Below are positions 17,172-25,846 of a stretch of DNA of 64,000 nucleotides, in pieces. The notes below the pieces were generated by a model. That model did not search any database. It was given only the letters and a program-made list of their open reading frames with translations, and was not told where the DNA came from. Position 1 is the first letter of the stretch. Each line of letters begins with the position of its first letter. Origin of the DNA: Gaiellaceae bacterium. Its GTDB lineage: Bacteria; Actinomycetota; Thermoleophilia; Gaiellales; Gaiellaceae. The stretch covers positions 7,997 to 71,996 of the forward strand of contig DATAAZ010000024.1 of assembly GCA_036259875.1 (NCBI GenBank), read 5' to 3'. Made by a program: the position numbers and the translations under genes.

Positions 17172-18322
17172 CGCGCGTCGCGGCCGCACTCTCGACGGCG
17201 CCGGGCGCGCCCGACGCAGCGTCCGAGGCCGCGCGCGCGGCGCGCGAGGGTCTCGGCGGCGAGACGCCCGACCTCACCTTGCTCTTTCTCTCCGCGGAGC
17301 ACGCCGACCGAGCCGACGAGGCGGTCGCCGCGGCGATTGCCGAGCTTGAGCCCGCCCGTCTCCTCGGGTGTGTCGCGCAGGGAGTCGTCGCCGGCGCACG
17401 CGAGGTCGAGCAGGGGCCGGGCGCCGCCGTTTGGGCAGCCTCCCTGCCGGGCGCGCGGGTCGAGCCCTTTCATGCAACCGCGTTCGAGACGGACGAGACG
17501 TATGAGATCCACGGCGTTCCCGACGGCCTTGCGGACGCGGCGCTCGTGGCGCTCCTCGTCGATCCGTACACCTTCCCGGCGGCACCGCTCCTCGCGCGCC
17601 TGAACGCCGAACGGCCCGGCCTTCCGGTCGTGGGCGGGCTCGCAGTCGCGGGCGGCGAGCCAGGATCGCAGGCACTCTTCCTTGACGGCGAGGTGCATGC
17701 CGAGGGCGCGGTCGGCGCGGTCGTCGCCGACGTGCGGGTGCGTCCGCTCGTGTCGCAAGGTTGCGCGCCGATCGGCCGGGACGCCGTCGTGACGAGCGCC
17801 GAGGGAAACGTCGTCTACGAGCTCGCCGGACAGCCCGCGCTCGAGCGGCTCAAGGACGACATCGCCGCGCTTCCCCCGCAGCAGCAGGCGCTCGCAGCCC
17901 GGGGCCTCCTCGCTGGGCTCGTGATCGACGAGAACCGACCGACGTACGACCGCGGCGACTACCTGATGCGCGGCCTGCTCGGCGCGGATGAGGAATCGGG
18001 CGCGCTAGCGATCGGCGAGCCCGTCCGCGTCGGCCAGACGCTTCGCTTCCACGTGCGCGATGCGGAGTCGGCCGACCGCGACCTCCGCGAGGCGCTCACC
18101 GGCCTCGCCGGCGAGCGCGTCGCCGGGGCGCTGCTCTTCACGTGCAACGGGCGAGGCACGAACATGTTCGCCGAGCCGCATCACGACGCTTGCCTCGTCA
18201 GCGAGGTGCTCGGCACCGACGCGCTCGCCGGCTTCTTCTGCGGCGGCGAGATCGGCCCTGTCGGCAGTCGCGCGTTCCTGCACGGATTCACCGCGACGCT
18301 CGCGGTGTTTCTCGCGGACTGA
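17168..18322 (+). CDS. FIST (N+C) domain protein
   Basis: ATG 17168 overlaps the SDR stop (ATGA); 384 aa. The C-terminal LFTCNGRGTNMF...GFFCGGEIGP is characteristic of FIST_C. Confidence 0.75.
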   Translation: MTRVAAALSTAPGAPDAASEAARAAREGLGGETPDLTLLFLSAEHADRADEAVAAAIAELEPARLLGCVAQGVVAGAREVEQGPGAAVWAASLPGARVEPFHATAFETDETYEIHGVPDGLADAALVALLVDPYTFPAAPLLARLNAERPGLPVVGGLAVAGGEPGSQALFLDGEVHAEGAVGAVVADVRVRPLVSQGCAPIGRDAVVTSAEGNVVYELAGQPALERLKDDIAALPPQQQALAARGLLAGLVIDENRPTYDRGDYLMRGLLGADEESGALAIGEPVRVGQTLRFHVRDAESADRDLREALTGLAGERVAGALLFTCNGRGTNMFAEPHHDACLVSEVLGTDALAGFFCGGEIGPVGSRAFLHGFTATLAVFLAD

Positions 18323-18343
18323 CTCGCGGGAACGGACCCCGCC

Positions 18344-19390
18344 ATGGCGAAGCTGAGGCGGGCAGATGTGAACGGCCCCGGGATCCAGCGGCGGCGGCGC
18401 GGACGCGGCTTCGAGTACGTGGACGAGAACGGCGAGCGAATCGAGGACATCGAGACGCTCGAGCGGATCCGCGAGCTCGCGATCCCGCCCGCCTGGCGCG
18501 ACGTCTGGATCTGCCCGTATCCGAACGGCCATATCCAGGCGATTGGCCTGGACGCCGCCGGTAGGAAGCAGTACCGCTACCACCAGCGCTGGCGCGAGCG
18601 GCGCGACCAGATCAAGTTCGACAAGATGGTCGACTTCGCTCGCGCGCTGCCGCGGCTCCGCGGAGCCGCCGCGAGGGACGTCGAAGGCGACGGCTTTCCG
18701 CGCGAGCGAGTCCTTGCCTGCGCCGTGCGGCTTCTCGACCGCGGCTTCTTCCGGATCGGAGGTGAGGAATACGCCGAGGAGAACGAGAGCTACGGCCTCG
18801 CGACCATGCAGAAGCGTCACGTGACCCTCGAGGACGGCTACGTGATCCGCTTCGACTACCCGTCGAAGAGCGGCAAGCAGCACGTCAAGTCCGTCGTCGA
18901 CCCTGGCGTGTACGACGTCGTCGCGGCCCTCAAGCGCCGGCGCGAAGGGCGCGAGCTCCTCGCGTACCAGGCCGACGGCGCGTGGTTCGACGTCAAGTCC
19001 GCCGACATCAACGCGTACATCAAGGAGGCGACGGGCGGCGACTTCTCCGCGAAGGATTTCCGCACGTGGAGCGGCACCGTGATCGCGGCGATCTCGCTGG
19101 CCGCGGCGTCCGAGGTGGCGCCGTCGAAGACGGGGCGAAAGAGGGCGATGGTGAACGCGGTCAAGGAGGTCGCGCGCTACCTCGGCAACACGCCGGCCGT
19201 CGCACGGGCCTCGTACATCGACCCGCGCGTCTTCGACCGCTTCGCATCCGCCGTCACGATCCGCCCCGCGCTCGTAGCGCTCGGCGACGTCGGCGAGCTC
19301 GGAGAGCCCGCCTTCCAGGGCGAGATCGAGGAGGCCGTGCTCGATCTCCTCGAGGACGAGAAGAGCGAGGCGATCGAGCAGGTCGCCTGA
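18344..19390 (+). CDS. DNA topoisomerase IB (poxvirus/eukaryote-like type IB)
   Basis: 348 aa. IPPAWRDVWICPYPNGHIQAIGLDAAGRKQYRYH, FRIGGEEYAEEN and KDFRTW are present, and the C-terminal ARASYIDPRV carries the presumed catalytic Tyr. Confidence 0.85.
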   Translation: MAKLRRADVNGPGIQRRRRGRGFEYVDENGERIEDIETLERIRELAIPPAWRDVWICPYPNGHIQAIGLDAAGRKQYRYHQRWRERRDQIKFDKMVDFARALPRLRGAAARDVEGDGFPRERVLACAVRLLDRGFFRIGGEEYAEENESYGLATMQKRHVTLEDGYVIRFDYPSKSGKQHVKSVVDPGVYDVVAALKRRREGRELLAYQADGAWFDVKSADINAYIKEATGGDFSAKDFRTWSGTVIAAISLAAASEVAPSKTGRKRAMVNAVKEVARYLGNTPAVARASYIDPRVFDRFASAVTIRPALVALGDVGELGEPAFQGEIEEAVLDLLEDEKSEAIEQVA

Positions 19391-19430
19391 GCCACGGCTC
19401 GGCGGGCCGTGTCTGGGGTCAGACCCCGGC

Positions 19431-19455
19431 CGCGGCCCGGCGAGCCGCGTCTTTT
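19431..19455 (+). terminator. rho-independent terminator candidate after topoisomerase IB
   Basis: CGCGGC-ccggcga-GCCGCG stem-loop followed by tCTTTT. Confidence 0.5.
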
Positions 19456-19544
19456 GGAGGAGGCCGGCCGGCCCGGCGATCGCTTAGCACGATGGCCGCG
19501 TCGATCGCCGCCGAGTCGGAGGGTCACACTCCCGGCGTGGCCGC

Positions 19545-20237
19545 TTACGACAGGCGGCGGGCGAGCCGCAACGCGACCGCGGCGAGCGCAGCACCCCCGA
19601 CGGCGTCGAGCACGTAGTGGTTCGCCGTCGCGAATACGACGAGCGCGACGGCGGGCGGATAGGCTGGTGCAAGCACCCGTGCGACAGGGCTCCGCGCCGC
19701 CGTCGCGATGCCCATAGACGTCACGACCGCGTAGGCGACATGAATCGACGGCATGGCGGCGATGGGGTCGTAGAGCTCGGCGACGAGCCCCTTGTCGAGG
19801 TCGATGCCGCTCACCTCCTCGATCGTGTCCACGAACCCCTCGAGCGTCCGCGGCGGCGCGACCGGGAAGAGGAGGAAGACGGGCTGCGCGCCGAGCGTCG
19901 TGAAGACGGCTGCCCGACGAAGCCGGTGGAAGGCGCGGTCACGTCGGCGGTGGAGCAGGATCAGCCAGCCGACCGTGAGGCCGACGTTCAGCGTCACGTA
20001 CGCGACGTTCAGCGCGGCGACGAGCCGCGTGCGCGGAAGGAGGAGGCGCTGGAGCGCCGGCTCGACGTGGATGCCGAGCCGCCGCTCCAGCACCACGATC
20101 CGCTCAGCATTTCGAGCCGCCTCGTCGCGCGCGCCGCGTCGCAGCTTCACCTGGCGGACGAGCAGGTAGACGGCGTAGACGCCGAGCCCGATCGCGACCT
20201 CGCGCCGCCCCGAGAACCGTTCGCGCCCCTCTCCCAT
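19545..20237 (-). CDS. PAP2-superfamily membrane phosphatase/transferase
   Basis: ATG 20237 gives 230 aa with multiple TM segments. The PAP2 motifs MPSIHVAYA and ANHYVLDAVGG are present. Confidence 0.75.
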   Translation of the reverse strand: MGEGRERFSGRREVAIGLGVYAVYLLVRQVKLRRGARDEAARNAERIVVLERRLGIHVEPALQRLLLPRTRLVAALNVAYVTLNVGLTVGWLILLHRRRDRAFHRLRRAAVFTTLGAQPVFLLFPVAPPRTLEGFVDTIEEVSGIDLDKGLVAELYDPIAAMPSIHVAYAVVTSMGIATAARSPVARVLAPAYPPAVALVVFATANHYVLDAVGGAALAAVALRLARRLS

Positions 20238-20267
20238 GCCGATCGAGTTTCCCCGATTCGCTGTGCA

Positions 20268-21284
20268 ATGGATACTTGCGTGATGCGACGGCTCCGCCGC
20301 CACGCGCTCCGGGTCTTGCTCGGGACGGCGGCGACCGTCGCGTTCCTCGTCCTCTTCGTTCGCGAGGTCGACCTGGGCCAGGCGTGGCGCGAGATCCGCA
20401 GCCTGCCCGGCTGGACGATGCTCGGGGCGCTCGGGCTCGTGCTTGTCAACGTCGTCACCATGGCGGTTCGATGGCGCTACCTGCTCGAGGGAGCCGGCTA
20501 CCGCGTGTCGCTCCGCTCTGTCTTCCCGACCGTATGCGTCGGCCGCGCGGCCAACAACGTCGTGCCCGCCCGCGGGGGCGACCTCCTTCGGATCGAGTCG
20601 ATGCGGGAGGTCGCTCACGTCCCCGCGTTCGTGAGCGCGGGCACGCTCTTCGCCGAGCGTCTGCTCGACGGCGTCGTCCTCTCCGCCTGGATCCTGATCG
20701 GCGCCCTCCTCATCGGAGAAGGCGGGATCCCGCTCTTGACCGGCATCGCGCTCTCGTCGGGAGCCGTGCTCGGGGTCTTCCTCGTCGCGCTCGCCGCGAA
20801 GCGCCCGGACGCGGCCGAGCGGGTCGTTTGGAGGATCTCGCGCCGCCTGCCGCCGCGCTGGCACACGCGCGTGACTCGAGCGGCCGCGCACTTCGTCGAG
20901 GGGCTCGGCGCGTTCCGCGGCCGCCGCCGGCGGCTCGTCTTCATCTTCGGGACGTCATCGCTCATGTGGCTCGCCGACGTCGCGATGTTCGCGCTCGTCG
21001 GCCGCGCGTTCGGCCTCGACCTCGCGCTCGGCGCGTACTTCCTTCTCGAGGGGATCGGCAACCTGGCGCTCGCGGTCCCGACGACAGCAGCGGGGCTCGG
21101 CAGCTTCGACTACCTCACGTACCTCGCCGCACGCGACCTCGACGTCGACGCGCACAACGCGACCGCGTACGTCCTCACCATGCACGCCTTGATCGTCCTG
21201 CCGGTCACGATTCTCGGAGCGCTGCTCGTACGGCCCGCGCTCCCGCGGCTGTTCCGCGGCGAGACTGCCCGCGAGACGGGCTAG
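20268..21284 (+). CDS. lysylphosphatidylglycerol-synthase-TM-region-like (UPF0104 flippase-like) membrane protein
   Basis: ATG 20268 gives 338 aa; polytopic. AANNVVPARGGDLLRIE and the overall topology are typical of this family. Confidence 0.7.
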   Translation: MDTCVMRRLRRHALRVLLGTAATVAFLVLFVREVDLGQAWREIRSLPGWTMLGALGLVLVNVVTMAVRWRYLLEGAGYRVSLRSVFPTVCVGRAANNVVPARGGDLLRIESMREVAHVPAFVSAGTLFAERLLDGVVLSAWILIGALLIGEGGIPLLTGIALSSGAVLGVFLVALAAKRPDAAERVVWRISRRLPPRWHTRVTRAAAHFVEGLGAFRGRRRRLVFIFGTSSLMWLADVAMFALVGRAFGLDLALGAYFLLEGIGNLALAVPTTAAGLGSFDYLTYLAARDLDVDAHNATAYVLTMHALIVLPVTILGALLVRPALPRLFRGETARETG

Positions 21285-22393
21285 GGCTGGGCCCGCGCGC
21301 TCCGGTACTCGCGCGCGAGGAAGGCGACGTCGTCGGGACGCGACGGGGCGAGCGCGACCGCTTCGTCGAGCCGTCGTGCCCGCGCCGTCTGGTGGAGCAG
21401 ATCCGGCTCGATCGGCCGGCCCTCGGCCCGGGCCTCTGAAACCGCGTCGCCAGGAGCGACCCCGGCGGCGACGACCTGTCCGCACGTAAGCGGCATCGTC
21501 CTTCGGAGGAGCGCGAGCGTTCCCGACTCGACCTCGGCGGGCGGCTCGACGGCGCCGCCCACCGCGATCGAGACCCGCGTCCGTCCCTCGCCGAGCGGGT
21601 CGTAGGCGAGCGCGACCGGAAGGAACGCAGACGGTTGCGCCCGCCGGACGAGCGCTGCGAGCCCCCGCTGAATCGGCCCGAGCTCACCGTCCGGGGACGG
21701 GCGCCCTTCCGGGAAGACCACGAGGACACCGCCGCGGCGAACGATCGCGACGAGGGCGCGAAAGTCGGCGGCGGCGGCCGCGGCACGTCGAGCCCAGAAC
21801 CCGAGAACATCTGCCGATGCCGGGTGCGCCGGGGTCACCGCGCGCCAGAGGAGATCGGCGAACTCGCCGCGAAGCACGTCGCCGGCGCATCGCGGGAGCG
21901 GGATGCGGCACGCCGCCGCGCGCGCGTCGAGCGCCGCAAGCTCGTCGGGCGTGAGGAGCGCCGAAAGCGGCGCGTCCCGCCGCGTCCGCAGCAGCTCTCC
22001 GAGCCGGGCGACCGTCGCGCTTCGGAGCGAATGAACCTGGACAACCGGGAGCCAGCGGCCCACCCCGAGCGGGAAGAGGACGCGCCGCAGCCGCGGCGAG
22101 AGCCCCGGCGGGAACCCGGCGAAGAACCCGGGCAGGAACATGTCCTCACGCGCAGCGAAGTGCATTCGCCGGGCGCGGTTTCGGCCCCACATGCCGCCGC
22201 GGAGATAGAGCGGAGGGCACACGAGCGGCACGTCGGACTCCCGCCGGTGGGTCACGACGATCAGCGTCCCGGGCGCGAGGTCGAACCGCTTGGGGCCGAG
22301 TGTCGTCACGCGGAACGCCGCATTGCTGTAGGCCCACATTCCGAGCCCCACCGCGTCGTAGAGAAACCGCACGGCGGGTAGCATCGCCGCCAT
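21281..22393 (-). CDS. PlsC-like lysophospholipid acyltransferase family protein
   Basis: ATG 22393 (or 22384). VVTHRRESDVP contains the HX4D acyltransferase motif, and VVFPEGRPS is the second conserved block. Confidence 0.7.
   Translation of the reverse strand: MAAMLPAVRFLYDAVGLGMWAYSNAAFRVTTLGPKRFDLAPGTLIVVTHRRESDVPLVCPPLYLRGGMWGRNRARRMHFAAREDMFLPGFFAGFPPGLSPRLRRVLFPLGVGRWLPVVQVHSLRSATVARLGELLRTRRDAPLSALLTPDELAALDARAAACRIPLPRCAGDVLRGEFADLLWRAVTPAHPASADVLGFWARRAAAAAADFRALVAIVRRGGVLVVFPEGRPSPDGELGPIQRGLAALVRRAQPSAFLPVALAYDPLGEGRTRVSIAVGGAVEPPAEVESGTLALLRRTMPLTCGQVVAAGVAPGDAVSEARAEGRPIEPDLLHQTARARRLDEAVALAPSRPDDVAFLAREYRSARAQP
22379..22384 (+). promoter_or_regulatory. candidate -10 hexamer (TAGCAT) 7 nt upstream of ATG 22392
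   Basis: TAGCAT-cgccgcc-ATG fits TANNNT. It lies inside the divergent acyltransferase coding sequence. Confidence 0.35.
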
Positions 22394-22913
22394 GGCGCGC
22401 CTTTCGCTCGGTGATCCCGCCCCGCCGTTCGAGCTTCCCGGCGTCGACGGGGGAACCCACTCCCCCGCCGAGTATGCGGGACGGCCTGTCGCCGTCGTCT
22501 TTTCGTGCTGCCACTGCCCGTACGTGATCGCCTGGGAGGATCGGCTCAACGCGATCGCGCGCGCCTACGACGGACGCGCCGGCCTCGTCGCGGTGAACTC
22601 GAACGCGGGCTACCTCGGCGACTCACCGGACGACATGAAGCGGCGCGCCGCCGAGAAGGGCTTCGTCTTCCCGTTCGTCTACGACGAGACGCAGGAGACC
22701 GCGCGCGCGTACGACGCCGCGCGGACGCCCGAGGTCTTCCTGTTCGACGCCGAGCACCGTCTCGCCTACCACGGCGCGCCCGACTCCGATCACACGGACG
22801 GGGCGCGCGCCGAGCCGTGGCTCCGGGAGGCGCTCGACGCGGTCCTCGCGGGCCAGGCACCGCCCGTGCAGGAGACGCCGCCGATCGGCTGCACCGTCAA
22901 GTACCGCCGGTAG
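22392..22913 (+). CDS. thioredoxin-fold thiol-disulfide oxidoreductase family protein
   Basis: 173 aa. The N-terminus LGDPAPPFELPGVDG, the redox motif FSCCHCPYV and TPEVFLFD are typical of TlpA/redoxin-like proteins. Confidence 0.8.
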   Translation: MARLSLGDPAPPFELPGVDGGTHSPAEYAGRPVAVVFSCCHCPYVIAWEDRLNAIARAYDGRAGLVAVNSNAGYLGDSPDDMKRRAAEKGFVFPFVYDETQETARAYDAARTPEVFLFDAEHRLAYHGAPDSDHTDGARAEPWLREALDAVLAGQAPPVQETPPIGCTVKYRR

Positions 22914-22920
22914 CTCGGCG

Positions 22921-23970
22921 CTAATCGATCCGGCGCTCGCCCGCCCGGGCCTTGCGCTCGCGGCGCGCGAGCTCGAGCGCCTGCTCGCGCGTCGAGATCG
23001 TGCCCGCCGCCCGCTCCTCGGCGATCCGGTCGAGAACGCGCCCGATCTCCGGCCCCGGCGGGAGCCCGAGCTCGTCGCCGCGCACGAGCGGCTCGACAGG
23101 GTCCTCAGCGCGAGCGGCGCGTACCGCGGGCGCGAGGTCACCTGCCCCCACGAACGCGAGCGCCTCGAGCGACCACGGCTCCGTCGCCCGGCGGAACCGA
23201 TGGATCTCGCGCGGCGAGTCGTCGGCCGGCCGCTGCACGGCCAGAAGCTTGGCGGCGAAGCGGCGCGTCGCGTTCGACACGGGCAGCCGAAACAGCGCTT
23301 CGCCGAGGCAAACGACGAGGAGGTAGTCGGGGTGAGGGGCCGGCTCGACGGCGTCGAGCCGATCGACCGAGCCGCCGAGCCGCGCGAGCAGACCCAGCTC
23401 GTCGAGCCGGCGCCATCCGGCGGGTGAGAGGCGACGGAGCTCCGCGAGGATCCGCTCGCCCGCGGGCCAGGTCGCGACGTCGGCGTGGCTGCGAACCAGG
23501 CCCTCGGTGTGGGGGTCGACCGCGAGCCCGAGCTCGTCCTCGAGCCGGACGGCGCGAAGCAGCCGGAGCGGGTCGTCCCGGAAGACGGTGTCCGAGACGG
23601 CGCGCAGCACGCCGGCCCGTAGGTCGCGCCGGCCACCCAGCGGGTCGACGTGCGTCTGGCTTCCGACGGGGCGCGCGATTGCGTTTACGGTGAAGTCGCG
23701 CGTGCGAAGGTCGTCCTCGATCCCGTCGAAAAGCGGCGTGAAGTCGACCGTCCGCCCGTCGGGGAACGCGACACGCCACGCCCCGTGGCGGTCGGAGAGA
23801 GCGAAGACCGCGCCCCCGAACCGTCGGGCGTAGGCGCGCGCCGCCCGGCGCGGGTCGCGGCAGGCGACGTCAAGGTCGACGACGGGCCGCCCGAGCAGCT
23901 CGTCGCGAACCGCGCCGCCGACGACGTACGCGTCCGACCCGGCGACCGAGGCGAGCTCCGCCTCATCCAT
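22921..23970 (-). CDS. cca: CCA tRNA nucleotidyltransferase / poly(A) polymerase head-domain protein
   Basis: 349 aa. YVVGGAVRDELLGRPVVDLDV and RDFTVNA are class-II nucleotidyltransferase motifs. Confidence 0.85.
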   Translation of the reverse strand: MDEAELASVAGSDAYVVGGAVRDELLGRPVVDLDVACRDPRRAARAYARRFGGAVFALSDRHGAWRVAFPDGRTVDFTPLFDGIEDDLRTRDFTVNAIARPVGSQTHVDPLGGRRDLRAGVLRAVSDTVFRDDPLRLLRAVRLEDELGLAVDPHTEGLVRSHADVATWPAGERILAELRRLSPAGWRRLDELGLLARLGGSVDRLDAVEPAPHPDYLLVVCLGEALFRLPVSNATRRFAAKLLAVQRPADDSPREIHRFRRATEPWSLEALAFVGAGDLAPAVRAARAEDPVEPLVRGDELGLPPGPEIGRVLDRIAEERAAGTISTREQALELARRERKARAGERRID

Positions 23971-25030
23971 CGACGACCCGCCTCTCCGCTCGCTCCGGCG
24001 CAGTGCGGATGCCGCACGTCACCTCGTAGTTGATCGTCCCGAGCACGCGCGCGTGGTCCTCGGCGAGAACGCCGTCGCCGATCAGCGTGACGGGCGCGCC
24101 TTCCGGCTCGTCCTCCAGCTCGACGGCGAACGAGTCCATGGAGACGGTCCCGACGACGCGCCGCCGCCGCCCGTCGACGACGACCTCTGTCCCCGTGAGT
24201 CCGCGGCGGAACCCGTCCGCATAGCCGACGGGAACGAGGCCGATCCGCGTTCTCCGCTCAGCGACGAACCGCCGCCCGTAGCCCGTGCTCTCGCCGGGCG
24301 CGAGCGTTCTCGTCTGCGCGACGTAGCTTCGCCACGAAAGGACGGGCTCGAGCCCGTCGGAGGCGGGATCGCGTCCGAACGGCGAGAGGCCGTAGACGGC
24401 GATCCCGCACCGCACGGCGTCGAAGCGCGCCTCGGGGAACCGGAGCGCTGCCGCACTGTTCGCCACGTGGCGCGTCACTCCCTCGAAGCGCTCGGCGAGC
24501 GCGCGGAACGCCTCGAGCTGGCGTCGGGCGAACGACTCGTCGGGCTCGTCCGCGGTCGCGAGGTGGCTCATGAGGCCGACGACCGCGTCGCGCGGGACGG
24601 CGAGAGCGTCGTCGGGGGTCATCCCGAAGCGCCCCATGCCCGTGTCGACCTTCAGGTGCACGCGGGTGCGGGCCGGGACGTCGGGGCGCGAGACGGCTAC
24701 CTCCAGGGCGGCGTCGCGCGCGCGCGAGTCGTCTCCCGGCTCGAGCGGCCCCATGACGAGCATGCGGACGTCGGGGAACAAGGGGCGGAGAGCCGTGCCT
24801 TCGCGCACCGTCGCGACGCAGAGTCCCTGGGCGCCGGCGGCGAGCGCGGCGCGCGCGCACTCGGACGCGCCGTGCCCGTACCCGCCCGCCTTGACGACCG
24901 CCCAGACCTCCGCCGGGGCGGCTGCCTCGCGAAGCCGCGCGACGTTTCTCCGCAGCGCGCCGAGGTCGACCGTGACCTCGGATCGGCGGCGGGGAGCGCG
25001 CGCGGGAGCCGATGGCGGGAAGGCGCTAAT
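23963..25030 (-). CDS. alr: alanine racemase; 5' end anomalous (no canonical start upstream of the PLP-lysine region)
   Basis: The frame is open from TGA 25042-25040 (minus). It encodes SEVTVDLGALRRNVARL and the PLP-lysine motif WAVVKAGGYGHG upstream of the first canonical start (GTG 24808). The C-terminal body (PVGYADGF, VSMD) is typical Alr. The start shown is the only in-frame near-cognate codon (ATT 25030). Confidence 0.8.
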   Translation of the reverse strand: MSAFPPSAPARAPRRRSEVTVDLGALRRNVARLREAAAPAEVWAVVKAGGYGHGASECARAALAAGAQGLCVATVREGTALRPLFPDVRMLVMGPLEPGDDSRARDAALEVAVSRPDVPARTRVHLKVDTGMGRFGMTPDDALAVPRDAVVGLMSHLATADEPDESFARRQLEAFRALAERFEGVTRHVANSAAALRFPEARFDAVRCGIAVYGLSPFGRDPASDGLEPVLSWRSYVAQTRTLAPGESTGYGRRFVAERRTRIGLVPVGYADGFRRGLTGTEVVVDGRRRRVVGTVSMDSFAVELEDEPEGAPVTLIGDGVLAEDHARVLGTINYEVTCGIRTAPERAERRVVDG

Positions 25031-25041
25031 TTCCGGGCATC

Positions 25042-25806
25042 ATGGCGAACCGCTCCGTCGGCGTGGACTTGACGGGCCGGCGCGCGCTCGTGACGGGTGC
25101 GGCGAGCGGGATCGGCGAGGCATGCGCGCGCCGCTTCGCCGCCGCAGGCGCCGAGGTGACCGTGCTCGACGTCGACGGCGAGCGAGCCACCGCGCTCGCC
25201 GCGGCGATCGGCGGCCGGTCGCTCGAGGCCGACCTCGCCGAGCCGGCGATCCTCGACGCGCTCGACCTCGACACCGACATCCTCGTGAACAACGCCGGCT
25301 TCCAGCACGTCGCGCCCGTGTACGAGTTCCCCCCGGAGACGTTCGCGCGCATGGTTCGCGTGATGCTCGAGGCGCCGTTTCGCCTCGTTCGCGCAACGCT
25401 CCCCGGGATGGTCGAGCGGGGTTACGGCCGGGTCGTCAACATCTCCTCCGTCCACGGCGTCCGCGCGTCGCCCTTCAAGGCGGGGTATGTCGCCGCGAAG
25501 CACGGCCTCGAGGGGCTCTCGAAGGTCGTGGCGCTCGAGGGCGGCCCGCACGGTGTCACATCGAACTGCGTCTGCCCCGCGTTCGTGCGAACGCCGCTCG
25601 TTGAGAGCCAGGTCGCCGACCAGGCGCGCACGCACGGGATCTCCGAGGACGAGGTGATCGAGGAGGTCATGCTCGTGAAGCCCGTGATCAAGCGACTGAT
25701 CGAGCCCGAGGAGGTCGCCGAGCTGGCGCTTTTCCTCTGCGCCCCGGAAGCGTCGTTCCTGAACGGAACCTCACTCGTGATGGACGGCGGCTGGACGGCG
25801 CAATGA
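25042..25806 (+). CDS. bdhA: 3-hydroxybutyrate dehydrogenase-like SDR
   Basis: 254 aa. ALVTGAASGIG, NNAGFQHVAPV, YVAAKHG and CPAFVRTPLV are typical of BdhA-type SDRs. Confidence 0.82.
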   Translation: MANRSVGVDLTGRRALVTGAASGIGEACARRFAAAGAEVTVLDVDGERATALAAAIGGRSLEADLAEPAILDALDLDTDILVNNAGFQHVAPVYEFPPETFARMVRVMLEAPFRLVRATLPGMVERGYGRVVNISSVHGVRASPFKAGYVAAKHGLEGLSKVVALEGGPHGVTSNCVCPAFVRTPLVESQVADQARTHGISEDEVIEEVMLVKPVIKRLIEPEEVAELALFLCAPEASFLNGTSLVMDGGWTAQ

Positions 25807-25846
25807 CGGCCGCGACGAACGAGTAACAGCCGGTTCCTTGCGTCGC

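Noticed and set aside
25026-25043. prfB-like programmed +1 frameshift at AAT-TAG in the alr 5' end
   Set aside because: P-site re-pairing of tRNA-Asn from AAU to AUU would be poor, and there is no well-placed SD-like stimulator. A homopolymer indel or ATT initiation is at least as likely, so frameshifting is kept only as an alternative within the alr finding.
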